Assembly: GCA_038496445.1 (NCBI GenBank)
Contig: JALMLS010000353.1
Coordinates: forward strand, 186,001-250,000
Direction of reading: 5' to 3'
Length of the DNA: 64,000 nucleotides
DNA from: Trichosphaerium sp. ATCC 40318
Lineage: Eukaryota > Protista > Tubulinea
Program-made: the position numbers and the translations under genes
Shown here: piece by piece, positions 13,439 to 23,437 of the stretch
Numbering within the stretch: the stretch's first letter is position 1
How the letters are laid out: every line of letters starts with the position of its first letter
The notes under the pieces: model-generated
Database searches by the model: none
What the model saw: only the letters and a program-made list of their open reading frames with translations
Told to the model about the DNA's origin: nothing

Positions 13439-14058
13439 GTTCTCTGTTCTAATCCAGTTGGTATTTGCAAACAACATCTCATATTGTTCATGAAACTAGT
13501 CGCGATGGTTTGATATCAATGGTAGTGTACAATAGTTTACAGCTAACTCTAATTTATACGACACTAGTCAAATTGTGAAATCAGACGGCTGCAACAACTA
13601 AAACACATGTATAGAAAACAGTTGTCATCAAAATCACGTGATCTAAGATACTTGTGTTGTTTAGAATCCCACAATGTTGTACTACTTTTTACTTCAGATA
13701 GAATTTTAATCTTTATAGCGTTATATCCAATAATGTCATGAACAATAGAAGCAAATAAATGGGCAGGTCTGACAAGCCGCAAGCCGCGATTTGTGGTTTG
13801 TGACGCAAGATGTGCTAATATCTCGTAGGTAACCTGACCAACTTCTCACTTGTAATGTTAGTGCTATAGCGCTTTAAAGACCAACAATGTCTTGTATTAC
13901 AAACAACACGTGGCTTTACTATTAAGTCGTTGTTTAGAAGGTAATTGACTTACAAAGCCTTTTTTTAGCGTTTAAAGCAAGTACGTTGTAGGTGCTACTC
14001 GTTTGATGAGCTAAATGAAATTTAGGTAGTTGTTAATCACTAGCGCCACAGAAATCGA

Positions 14059-16494
14059 ATGTATCACAGGGACTGTTTTAGCGTTGTGTATTATTATTTT
14101 GCAGTACAGGTAGTACTCCTTATGTTAATAAATTGTACTAGCGGACAGGTAACATTAAAAAAACTGTTCACGTGGCGAAAATTAATACTAAATGTCTGTT
14201 TCAGTCCAGTCAGTTGTATCTGTATAAATGCGCTGCTGGAACGTTTAGAAGGGTACAGTTGATGAACCAACCAGAGTATTTAATTGATTATTCACGCATT
14301 GGCTCATCAAGGTTCGTATTCTTTGTACAAAACAACTTTTCTAACAATTACTTTTTGAAGGATAAACTTTGAACTTGAACTACAAGGCCAACAGTATAGG
14401 CCACCATATATTTTCACAATCGATGGAAAAGACCGACGGCAAGAAGAAGCGCCATACCGTATGTATGGCGACGACAATTGCGAGAATATACCCAGCGGTA
14501 CTTATTTCTTGAAGTTCTAAAAATAAGCAAAGCGTAGGTAATTATACTTTATCAGTAGTTGATATCAATAAAGATGTCACCACCTCTATCAAACTACACA
14601 TTCCACAATGCCCATCAGGTACTGTACTATCTTTTTGTTAATACTAACATAAGTAGACCACTTTCTTGAAGCCTTATGGAGTAATACGTTTGAAGTAAGT
14701 AATGGATTAAACAATCAAAGATAACACGATCCAGGATGATAAAAATGGAATATCGCTAATGCATGATGGCGATGTTTTCGCAGATTGGAAAGGGTTGCAC
14801 TTTCAGGTAATACATGGAATAGATTAAGTCTTACAATTAAGTAGGGTGGCTATGCATCTCTTTCTGCTAGTAACCCGCTCCGTGAAAGCCTTGGAGCTTT
14901 GACTATAATGATGTGGATTCATCCGGGTACCTAGTTTATTAAAAAGAAATACAAAAAGTCCTTACACAATGGAGAATCCCTTGAAGGCGACCAGTACATA
15001 TTTACGAACGGTGATCGTCATGACGACTACATATCTGTAATGCTAGGAGGTAAGTTTTTTTTGTATCGAACAATTTGTCTTACTGTTAACAAGATGGTCT
15101 CAAGTCTATCCACGTATCTGTTGCAAATTATAAAGGTGCATCTTCAGTAGATGTTCCAGTAGGTAAGAACAATAAAAACCAAGAGTCTTTTCAGGAAAGA
15201 TCATCATAGTTCTGATTCGCTTTTTACAAAAAGGTAAATGGACACATGTGGCGTTAGTTGTACACTCTATTTGGGACTATATTACAAACACCAATAATTT
15301 TTATTTGTACATAAATGGAGAATCTCGCTTGCTTACTAGACCAATCCCGAATGGGTACATTCAAACATCACCAAATGCTGAAATTACGTTGGGCGCTGAC
15401 AGTAATGGCGATTCAAGTTTTAAAGGTAACTTGATTAATTGCTATTGTTTCCCTGGCTCATGGTATTCCAGGTTGGATGACTGATGTTCGTATATTCTCG
15501 TGTAGCTTATCTAGAGAATCTATACATAACTTTAGTAACGAGAGTATGATTACAAGGTCTTTTACACTATTTTTTTCTTATTTTTTTCTCGAAAGTTCCT
15601 TCGTTTGTACCTTCGCCAACACCATACCCGTGTGCGGAGGGAATATGCATAGATCAAGATTTATTGGTTATCAATGATACTGTTCTCACAAATACCATAT
15701 TCATACAAGGTGAGACATTTATTTTAGTTGTTTTATTTATAAACGTGTAGGTGATCTTATTGTACAAAATGGTTCAATATTGCGTTTGAGTGATGCAATG
15801 ATACGTGTCACAGGATGTGTTAATATTATCGGAGGTTTAGAAATAGATCAAGTAGATGAAACAACTGAAGTGCTCCACTGGGATGGTACAGAAATCGAAC
15901 ATGTCAAAAGAAATGGAACTAACTTTTGCTGTTTATTTTAGGCAAAAACTGCACTCTCAATTTCGAGCCAGAACAAGCACCATGTGGTATTACTCAACAA
16001 ACGTATAGAGTTTCTGGTACCCAGGATTTTTTACTTTTAAAACAAGAAACAGGACGACAATTACATATTATTGTCCTATTTTTTACAAAATGTTCTGCTT
16101 ATGCTTCTTGAAGAAACAGGATTGACTGCTGTTATCGGGTTATCAACAAGTTGCAGTTCAGATAACATTTGGATGCCAATAGTGCGTATCTCGCAAGCGT
16201 TAAAACAATTCCTTATCTACATCAACACTTTTGCAATTTTGTCTTGAGCGTTCGTTTGTGCCCAAAGACATTACTGCATTTTTACAGTACTTTTTGTGCA
16301 AGCATTAATTGTTTTAGGTAAGCGCTATCAGTGTTGGAGTTGTACTTATTATTCTTGTCACGATTGTAATCGTTTTCTTTTATTCTCGTGATACTAGAGA
16401 GCGTTTTCTACCTTTTAGGCGTTCTGTAAGATTACATCGGTCAACCAGTATTGCTATTGGTGCTACAAGGATTAATAAAAAACCCGAGATATAA
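14059..16494 (+). CDS. Secreted type-I membrane protein with LamG/ConA-like jellyroll, tandem copy 2
   Basis: Paralogous to 11087-13438 (MYHR start, LTIMMWIHP, WTHVA, LYING, ITLGA, identical YSRDTRERFLPFRRSVRLHRS tail) with shared intron positions. Confidence 0.75.
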
Positions 16495-16890
16495 CTTACA
16501 AAGCAGCTTTACATTATTCTTTATTACTTCACATCAACTTTCAACTTACACGTTGCTAAATCGCTATAGAACTCGAGCTCAGTCCCTTAGGGACTACCAA
16601 GATATTACTTGAATGTTGTACATTTGTGTACTTTGTAGAAAAAAAAGGCTTCAAAATAGAAAGCCTCAAAAACTTATTCAAGTACTTGTGAATAAAAAAG
16701 TCTAGCATATTGTTTCCTACAATGCCAATAATAGGAACAATCCCTCGCAATATTTAGCTTGTAGCATAAAACTAACTGATCATCAAGCAAACAAAATAAT
16801 TTCCTGAATGGGATTGGATGTACATGGATCCTAAATATGTGCTACCAGGTACGCACTTTACCCAGGATTTATGGTAAAACGCTTATTCTC

Positions 16891-16899
16891 AAAAAAAAA
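16891..16899 (-). terminator. Putative Pol III oligo-T terminator of the candidate ncRNA
   Basis: T9 on the minus strand, 2 nt after the 3' strand of the closing stem. Confidence 0.5.
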
Positions 16900-17210
16900 G
16901 AGAAGGAGAGTGTCGAGATTATGGTGGAGGTTGTTTTAGATGATGACGCATTTGCGTCTTAAGTCAGCATCGCTTGAACATTCCTCCCAAAGGAAGGAAC
17001 ACTCGCAGTGTAATCGTTAAATCTTCTCTAAGGCTGGACTTCTGCCCACACCTTATGGCCAGATCAGCCAGGGTCATAGTGTTGGTCTATTCCCAACAGC
17101 CACTTAGTCTTTCCCAAGTGTCAACCAGTCTTTCCTGGCCGTCCCTCTGTCTTTCCAGAGCGTCATCCTGTCTTTCCAAGCTGTCATTTACCACCAAGTG
17201 GCTCTCCTTC
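16891..17210 (-). ncRNA. Candidate ~310-nt structured ncRNA (Pol III-like) with five tandem GAAAGA-type loop hairpins; family unassigned
   Basis: GC-richer island; 5' GAAGGAGAG pairs with 3' CUCUCCUUC, followed by a U9 tract; covarying hairpin stems with a conserved loop; G-U pairs favour the minus strand. Confidence 0.7.
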
Positions 17211-17976
17211 AGTATAAAATGCTTCAAAAACGGTTTTAATGATAGTCAAAAACTCGGAAGAAAAAACTATGGTTCAAAAAGGATGCAATTTTCTGGCATT
17301 CGGAATAAAAATGAGAATATATTAATGACGCACCAGCAAACCTAAACCAACTCTTTGTTTTTTACACAGCTTTACATTAAGTGAATGCCACGTTGGCATT
17401 TCTTTTTTTAGTTTCTATTAAATGTACGCATTCTACACATGCTTATAGGTTATACCATGCCGTTAAATGGAAATGTAGAGCGTGAAAGCACATATAAACT
17501 CGTTCCTTTAAATAAGCGCCTTGAGCGCTGGTTCATGATGCCTCGGTCTCGCCAAACGTACATCAAGCTCCCTTTAGGTGGCAACAGAAGTTATATACGT
17601 TGGACAGTAGTTATTGGCTGAAAGTGGATTGCGCTCTTAAATCAAGCACCAATACTCTAGTTGCCGTTATATACGCGCTAACATTCTTCTTGTTACAGCT
17701 ATTCGCTGTTTGGACCGCTTTCAGAGCAAAAACGTGCAACCAAAATGCATCACGCACACATGTGTAAGGATATCCATAGTGATACCTTCCAGTTCGATAA
17801 CAACTTGTAGCCAGCTATTGTTTAACATAACATTGTGGTTAAAAAACGCAAGGAAAAGATTGGCGGAACCATAAGGCAAGAAAGGTATTTAAATAAAATA
17901 AGCCAATTTATTGCTAAGACATGAATTGCAACGTTTTATTGTGTTTCTATTGATATAGAAACTACTAAACGTCATG

Positions 17977-19253
17977 CTAAAGGAGTACACAAGTTTGATT
18001 CTGATGCTCAGCCAAGTAAAAGTTCCCTGCAACTGGCAGCTGGTACTTATACGTGTGAAGGAAAGAGCGAAGTTTCCAACGTAACCTACCAACATGACTA
18101 GAACTTTGAGTCCTTTCAAGTTCATCTGATATACTATCTGGTTGCTCAAAAAGCAAAAAAACATATCTATGTGGACCTGATAATATAAAAAAAGTGAGAA
18201 AACAAAGAACTTGTGTCAAAAAAAAAATCATGTGGCAATAAAAATAAACAATCTCAATGGACTTTACCTGTTCCAGAAGGAGGTGAGTCTTCCAGATAAG
18301 GTGCGATATGTTTTCCTTTAGTCACATCGCCACCAGGGATATCAATAACAAGCCAGTGCTTTCTAAAAAAAAAGATTAAAACTTATTTTTTTCCAACGCC
18401 TTGAAAATACTGTTCTAAGCGAAACAAACGTAAAGGTCTTTAATGTGGGGAAAAAAACACAGTCATATCTGAATGAATAGAGACTGTACAACCTTCCTGA
18501 TAAAACAACTTTAGTCAATCTTATGCACGTACACTGGACCCAAGAAACCGTTGCGTGTTGGAGCGTCAGGATCAATTTTCATCAAAGTATACGTTTTATC
18601 AGCAACCGCTCCAGAAAAGCTAACAGAAGGCTGCTGAGTAGTTTGATCTACAGTTAATTTCACCCCTGGAGTAACAGAAACATCTCCAAAAGTAACCTTA
18701 CAGAAAACGTTACGTTTTCTGAACACGTGCGAGTAAACAAAAACGTACTTCAAGCTGGTTTAGCGGTACACTGGGAATTAAATCCTTTACGATGCCGTGG
18801 CGTACCTTACATCACTTTTAGACAAATAAACCGACTTTTCCAAATAATAAAAGCGCTTACAAAAGTATCCATCATCACTGCTGGTGCTCTTTGTTCTCCT
18901 TCTTCTTTTTCCGCTTGAATTTCGTTCAGCTCAATTTTTTCACTTTGTACTTCTTCAGTTTCATCTTCACGCGCCGTATTTGTTACAGCAAGGCTTGTAG
19001 GAGACTCATTGTCATCATTTTCGTTGTCTGCTTCTTTTTCAACGTCTTCTTTATCCTCAGTCTCTGATATCGCTGTTTTTGGCTCTATTGGTGCTTCTGT
19101 TGGCTCTTCGGCCTCTTGTGTAACAGGTTCATCTTCTTTATCTTCGACAGGATCCTTTTGCTCTTGCTCTACTTCTTCATCTTTAACTTCTTCTGTATCT
19201 ACATCATCTGGTGCTTTTGTATCTTCAACAGATACGTTGTCAGGGTCGTCCAT
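17977..19253 (-). CDS. PEBP/RKIP-family protein with acidic N-terminal extension and C-terminal CaaX (CVLL)
   Basis: YTLMKIDPDAP, KHWLVIDIPG, PPSGTG|PHRYVFLLFEQ, PVAGNFY; terminal TCVLL*. Confidence 0.9.
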
Positions 19254-19689
19254 GATTAGCAATTGGATACTTATCCAAATACACAAGCTTTAAGCGAGCT
19301 GGGCTTATTTATTGTACATTTCGTGATTATTCTAGTTTGGTACCAGTGTTATGTTCCAACATATGCACTAAAGCACTTTGCCCTTGTATTAAGCTCGCTG
19401 AAATCATTGCATAGTACTGGACTGGCGCCATTGCCATTAAGCATTTCTTAGGTTTGGTACAAGGCTTCTTTGTTTGCAGAGCTTCAACCTTTAGTAGGTT
19501 TTTGTGATTCTTTGGTACTAATTTGCAGCTACTGACTAAGGCAACGTCTCCATGACTAATCTGAAAACCTATGTTATTTTAACTTGGTAGCGTTTGTTTA
19601 CGGACATACTTCGTCTAAGCGTTGTACGGTTTTTCACCTTATGTCGTATTTTCATGCGCGTGTGTTGAATGGTTGCTACAGCACATGTT

Positions 19690-21951
19690 CTATTTAAATA
19701 AAGTACTCAAATTGCAATAAAGCAGGCTAACAAGCAATCAATAATGAACGTGTAATAAATGAATCTAAGTTACCGTTGGTTAGAGCGACGATAAGCTGAA
19801 TAGCTGTCAAACTTTGAAAAATCCCAGTCGTGTTGTGGAAACACTCTTGTGAGGACTTGTGGCCATTGGTTTATAAAGCTTTTTGATCCAATAGCAGCTA
19901 ATTGATCTCCAGATACACGTATCCAATCTGCTGGTTTGTCAACATAGAGTTTCGTTGCAGCTTCATTAAGGAACTTCTTCACATTCGAGACATCCTCCCA
20001 GAACTTGTAAGGAGTACGTACTACACAATGGTAAATGCATGTAATACTCAATGTGTGTGGTACCTCCATCACCCCAGAAACGCCAATCAAATGTAGGGTA
20101 TTGGGTTTCAAGGAAATTACGGAGAGAACATCCATGAGTTCTTTCAAGATAAACGAAGTTAGACAGCTATACTAGTAATGGCACTTATACCTTAAGAAAT
20201 ATGATGACTGCTCACTTATAGTTTTAGTAGGTACGCTTAACCAATCAGAAACAGAAGTAATAGAATGCTGTTGACAAAACTATCATAACATTAGAGGTAA
20301 GATTAAAGCTTATACGAAAAAAACTTACATCATTTAAGAATTCGGCTTGGTGTTCTTCTGTTGCCCAGAAACCGTTTGGTACTTTTCCTAAAAGTTCATT
20401 GGTATTCTACAACACATCTATCCAAGACCACGCACTAAACTTCCATAGCTTCCACCGGACTTAAGCATTGTAAGAGAAAGAAAAAAAACACTTCACATAC
20501 CTTCAGGATACAACTCAGTTACCAAGCTATATGTTGACTTGTGCTTGCTAACAATAGGTTAAATAACTAATGCACATACTAAATGTGCTAACGCACTTGA
20601 ATAAATATTTTCCAGATTCATGCTTGAAAGTCTCTATTGACACAGTGTACCAATCGCTGATTGTAAATATACGTAAATCTGCTTCAAACTATAGAAAAGT
20701 TAAAGTTTGTTGGCTCAATTGACGTTCAAACCTTATCAACAAACTCCTTTACAACACTTGGCTGTATGGTATCATGTGATACTGAAGATTCTAATAACTT
20801 AGTAAACATATACGTTCACATATTAGGAGCGTACTGAACTTCCAACAGAGCCACTTGTGATCAGGATAGAAATACTGAAGGAGTATTTGCAAGTTATTGC
20901 CAAAGTGCCTATTCACTTGTAAGGTATCTAGAAGCGATATGGAGGTAATGTACATCAATACAGTAGGTGTATTTCCATATTGTAAATCTTTAAGCTCTAC
21001 GTTATACCAATCATTAAGCGTTGATATACGCAACAGTTTCTCCAACTAAATAATTGTTGTAAATACAAAGCCTTTTGTAGTAAAATGTACAGACCTTTCG
21101 CATAAATGTGGCTGAGTCACTGCCCTTCCCCCAAAAATGCTTAGGTAGGTCTCCTATACAATATTAGCGCTGTATAAATCCCAAAATAGTTACCAAAGCG
21201 CCATGATACCCAATTGAAGTCTGGATAAACTGATTCCAAGAAAGTTTGAAGACTAGAGTTGTTGTACCTACCATTGGTCATTGATGTCGCAAATGCACTA
21301 ATAGTCCGTACGTCATTAATGTATTTCCTCCATTTTCTCGTACATGAGAAGCACGCAACGTATACCATTGTTCTATCTCAGTAATGTCGAATTTTTCTTC
21401 AATCTGTGCATGTGTTAAAATACTTTAGTACAAAAACGCTAAAGCGCACGTGTCTGACAACACCAACAACATTATCTTCATTCCCAGTCCAATGCCTAAG
21501 CTTAACATTCTCTATGAGAACAGTTAGATTAAACAAGAGCGCTACTAAAGGCAATACGCACTAAATTTTCTTGAATCCCAAATGTGGTCAGGATACATTG
21601 ATGTTATCATACGTTGTACTGACGAGTTGTAGTACGATGTCAGGACTGATGAACCTCCAGCGCGTTGAACCTGACGCGCTGTAACGCTGTACCAATCATT
21701 TCTGGTGTGTTGTGAGTATCATTCATTGTAAACCGTTTACAAATAATTTTGACGCAATGACAGTATGATTAAGAGACTTACAATGTATTGATGCCTATTT
21801 CAGCTTCGATCTAATACAAGTTGGTCAAATAGATGTTACATCACTCGATTACCTTTACAAACAGCTCTCGTTGATTACTTTTGCTATGCCAATGGCCACG
21901 AGGCGGTTTAGCCACGATTTTGTTATTAACATGTCGTGAAAGTGTACGCAT
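19690..21951 (-). CDS. DWY-repeat protein 2 (about 6 repeats), stops just inside the nuclease-like domain
   Basis: DWYSV, QWYTL, DWYNV, DWYTV, DWLSV, DWIRV with YP/FP..W..W.F elements; ends YRRSNQR|LLYCNLSTLFK*. Confidence 0.75.
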
Positions 21952-22037
21952 TGTGTAACGCACTGCTTTGTTAGAATAACAACGTTAATTGCTCGCTGAT
22001 TGTGTCTTGATTAAGTCAACATCAGTTCAAAAACCAC

Positions 22038-23134
22038 ATGGAGGACGACTCTTCTTCTCTCAAGAAAAGGCTACGAGAGGTTGGCTCGAAGCTAGGTCCA
22101 GATTCAAATAAACGTCAAAAATTAGACAAAGATGATCCAACAGCTAAACCACCAGAGCCTGATGAAGGCTGGCTCAAAAATACAAAGTATACATACAGTT
22201 TTGAGGACATGCGCAACAAAAGAGAAGAGGAGTTATTAAAACGATTAAACGGCAAACTCAACGGGTACATTAGAGTAGGGTAGATCAACGTAGATACTAA
22301 CAATGAGAATTAGAATTGCTAAAGCAAAACAAACTGTAGTGCCAGCAACGGAAGAAAAAAAGGCGTCAACACCAGCACCAATAGAAGATATTGAGTTAGC
22401 AGAGAAACTTGTCAAAGAACAAGAAAAAAAACGACGTGTAAGAGTTTATATTAACGTATAAATCACGTATACGCTTACACACCCTCTAGTCTACTCTATC
22501 CGGTATGATACATAAGCGTCAGAAGGAAGAAGAAAGATTAAACAATCTGCTCAAAAAAGGCAAAGAAGAGTACGTTCTCACAGCTTATAAGCGCAACATG
22601 CGCGTAAATAACCCTATTGTGATTCATTTGATTAACATAATGAAGTATGGACTACTTGGCTGCACGCAAGCGTAGGCAATGGGAAGAGTCTGCTCAGATA
22701 AAGAAGGAGCAAGAAGAATACGAAAAAAAATGGGTAAGAAGGCGCTCAAGACGTGATTTTTACGACATGTCAAAGACATTTCTTTAGAAATATTGATGTC
22801 TTATAGGCCGATAAGAAGGCTAGAGAGGAAGAACTGAAAAAAGAGAAGGAAGAGAAAGAAAAGAAGGAAAAGGAGCGTAAAGCAAAAGAAGAAGAGGCTA
22901 TTAAGAAGTACGTCAAGAGCCTGAACATTTTGTTTGTTTTTTTGTCAGAGAAAATTACTTTGTTGACTTCACTTCAGGGAGATGAGTAAATACGCAAGTT
23001 ATGATAAGGATAAGCTCAGAGGTTTATCTGTTAAGCAACTTAAACTATACGCAAAGGCTATTGGTGCTGACTTATCTCGTGTTGTTGAAAAGATGGATCT
23101 TGTTGAAGCCATTATTACCAAACGAGATGCTTGA
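22038..23134 (+). CDS. Charged coiled-coil protein with C-terminal SAP/HeH-like helical motif
   Basis: E/K/R-rich exons; last exon LRGLSVKQLKLYAKAIGADLSRVVEKMDLVEAI. Confidence 0.55.
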
Positions 23135-23437
23135 AAAAAAAAAAAAAAACAAAGACTGCAATAAATAACTGGAAAGGTCATGTATTCTAGAGGCGTAAGG
23201 TGCCCAGTAAACTGCGTTTAAAAAATAAGTGGTCGTATTTATTAATGTTCTACGAAACTGAGCGTTCATCAGTTACGACAGTAACCATAGGTTGTGACGC
23301 TCGGCTCTAACGATTCATGTCACCGAGAAATGTCGTTGACTAATTAACTTAAATAGTCCTATACTGTCTCAAAATGCGATGGCAAGGAAGTAGAGTATGC
23401 GCTTGTTCTAGAAACTCGAACAGTAGAAGCCTGCGAC

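Noticed and set aside
16940-17075. Assignment of the RNA candidate to tRNA-Ser, 7SK, telomerase RNA or a SAM riboswitch
   Set aside because: Only short local resemblances (A/B-box-like TGGCTGATCTGG and GTTCAAG; GGCUGAUCUGGC). No cloverleaf, no telomeric template and no complete aptamer core could be built
17080-17180. GGAAAGAC repeats as a CRISPR array
   Set aside because: Period is only ~20 nt, the intervening sequences are self-complementary stems rather than spacers, there are no cas genes, and the context is eukaryotic
16974-17345. Plus-strand 123-aa ORF over the RNA candidate
   Set aside because: Ser/Leu-rich translation of the hairpin complement with a non-ATG start and no recognisable domain
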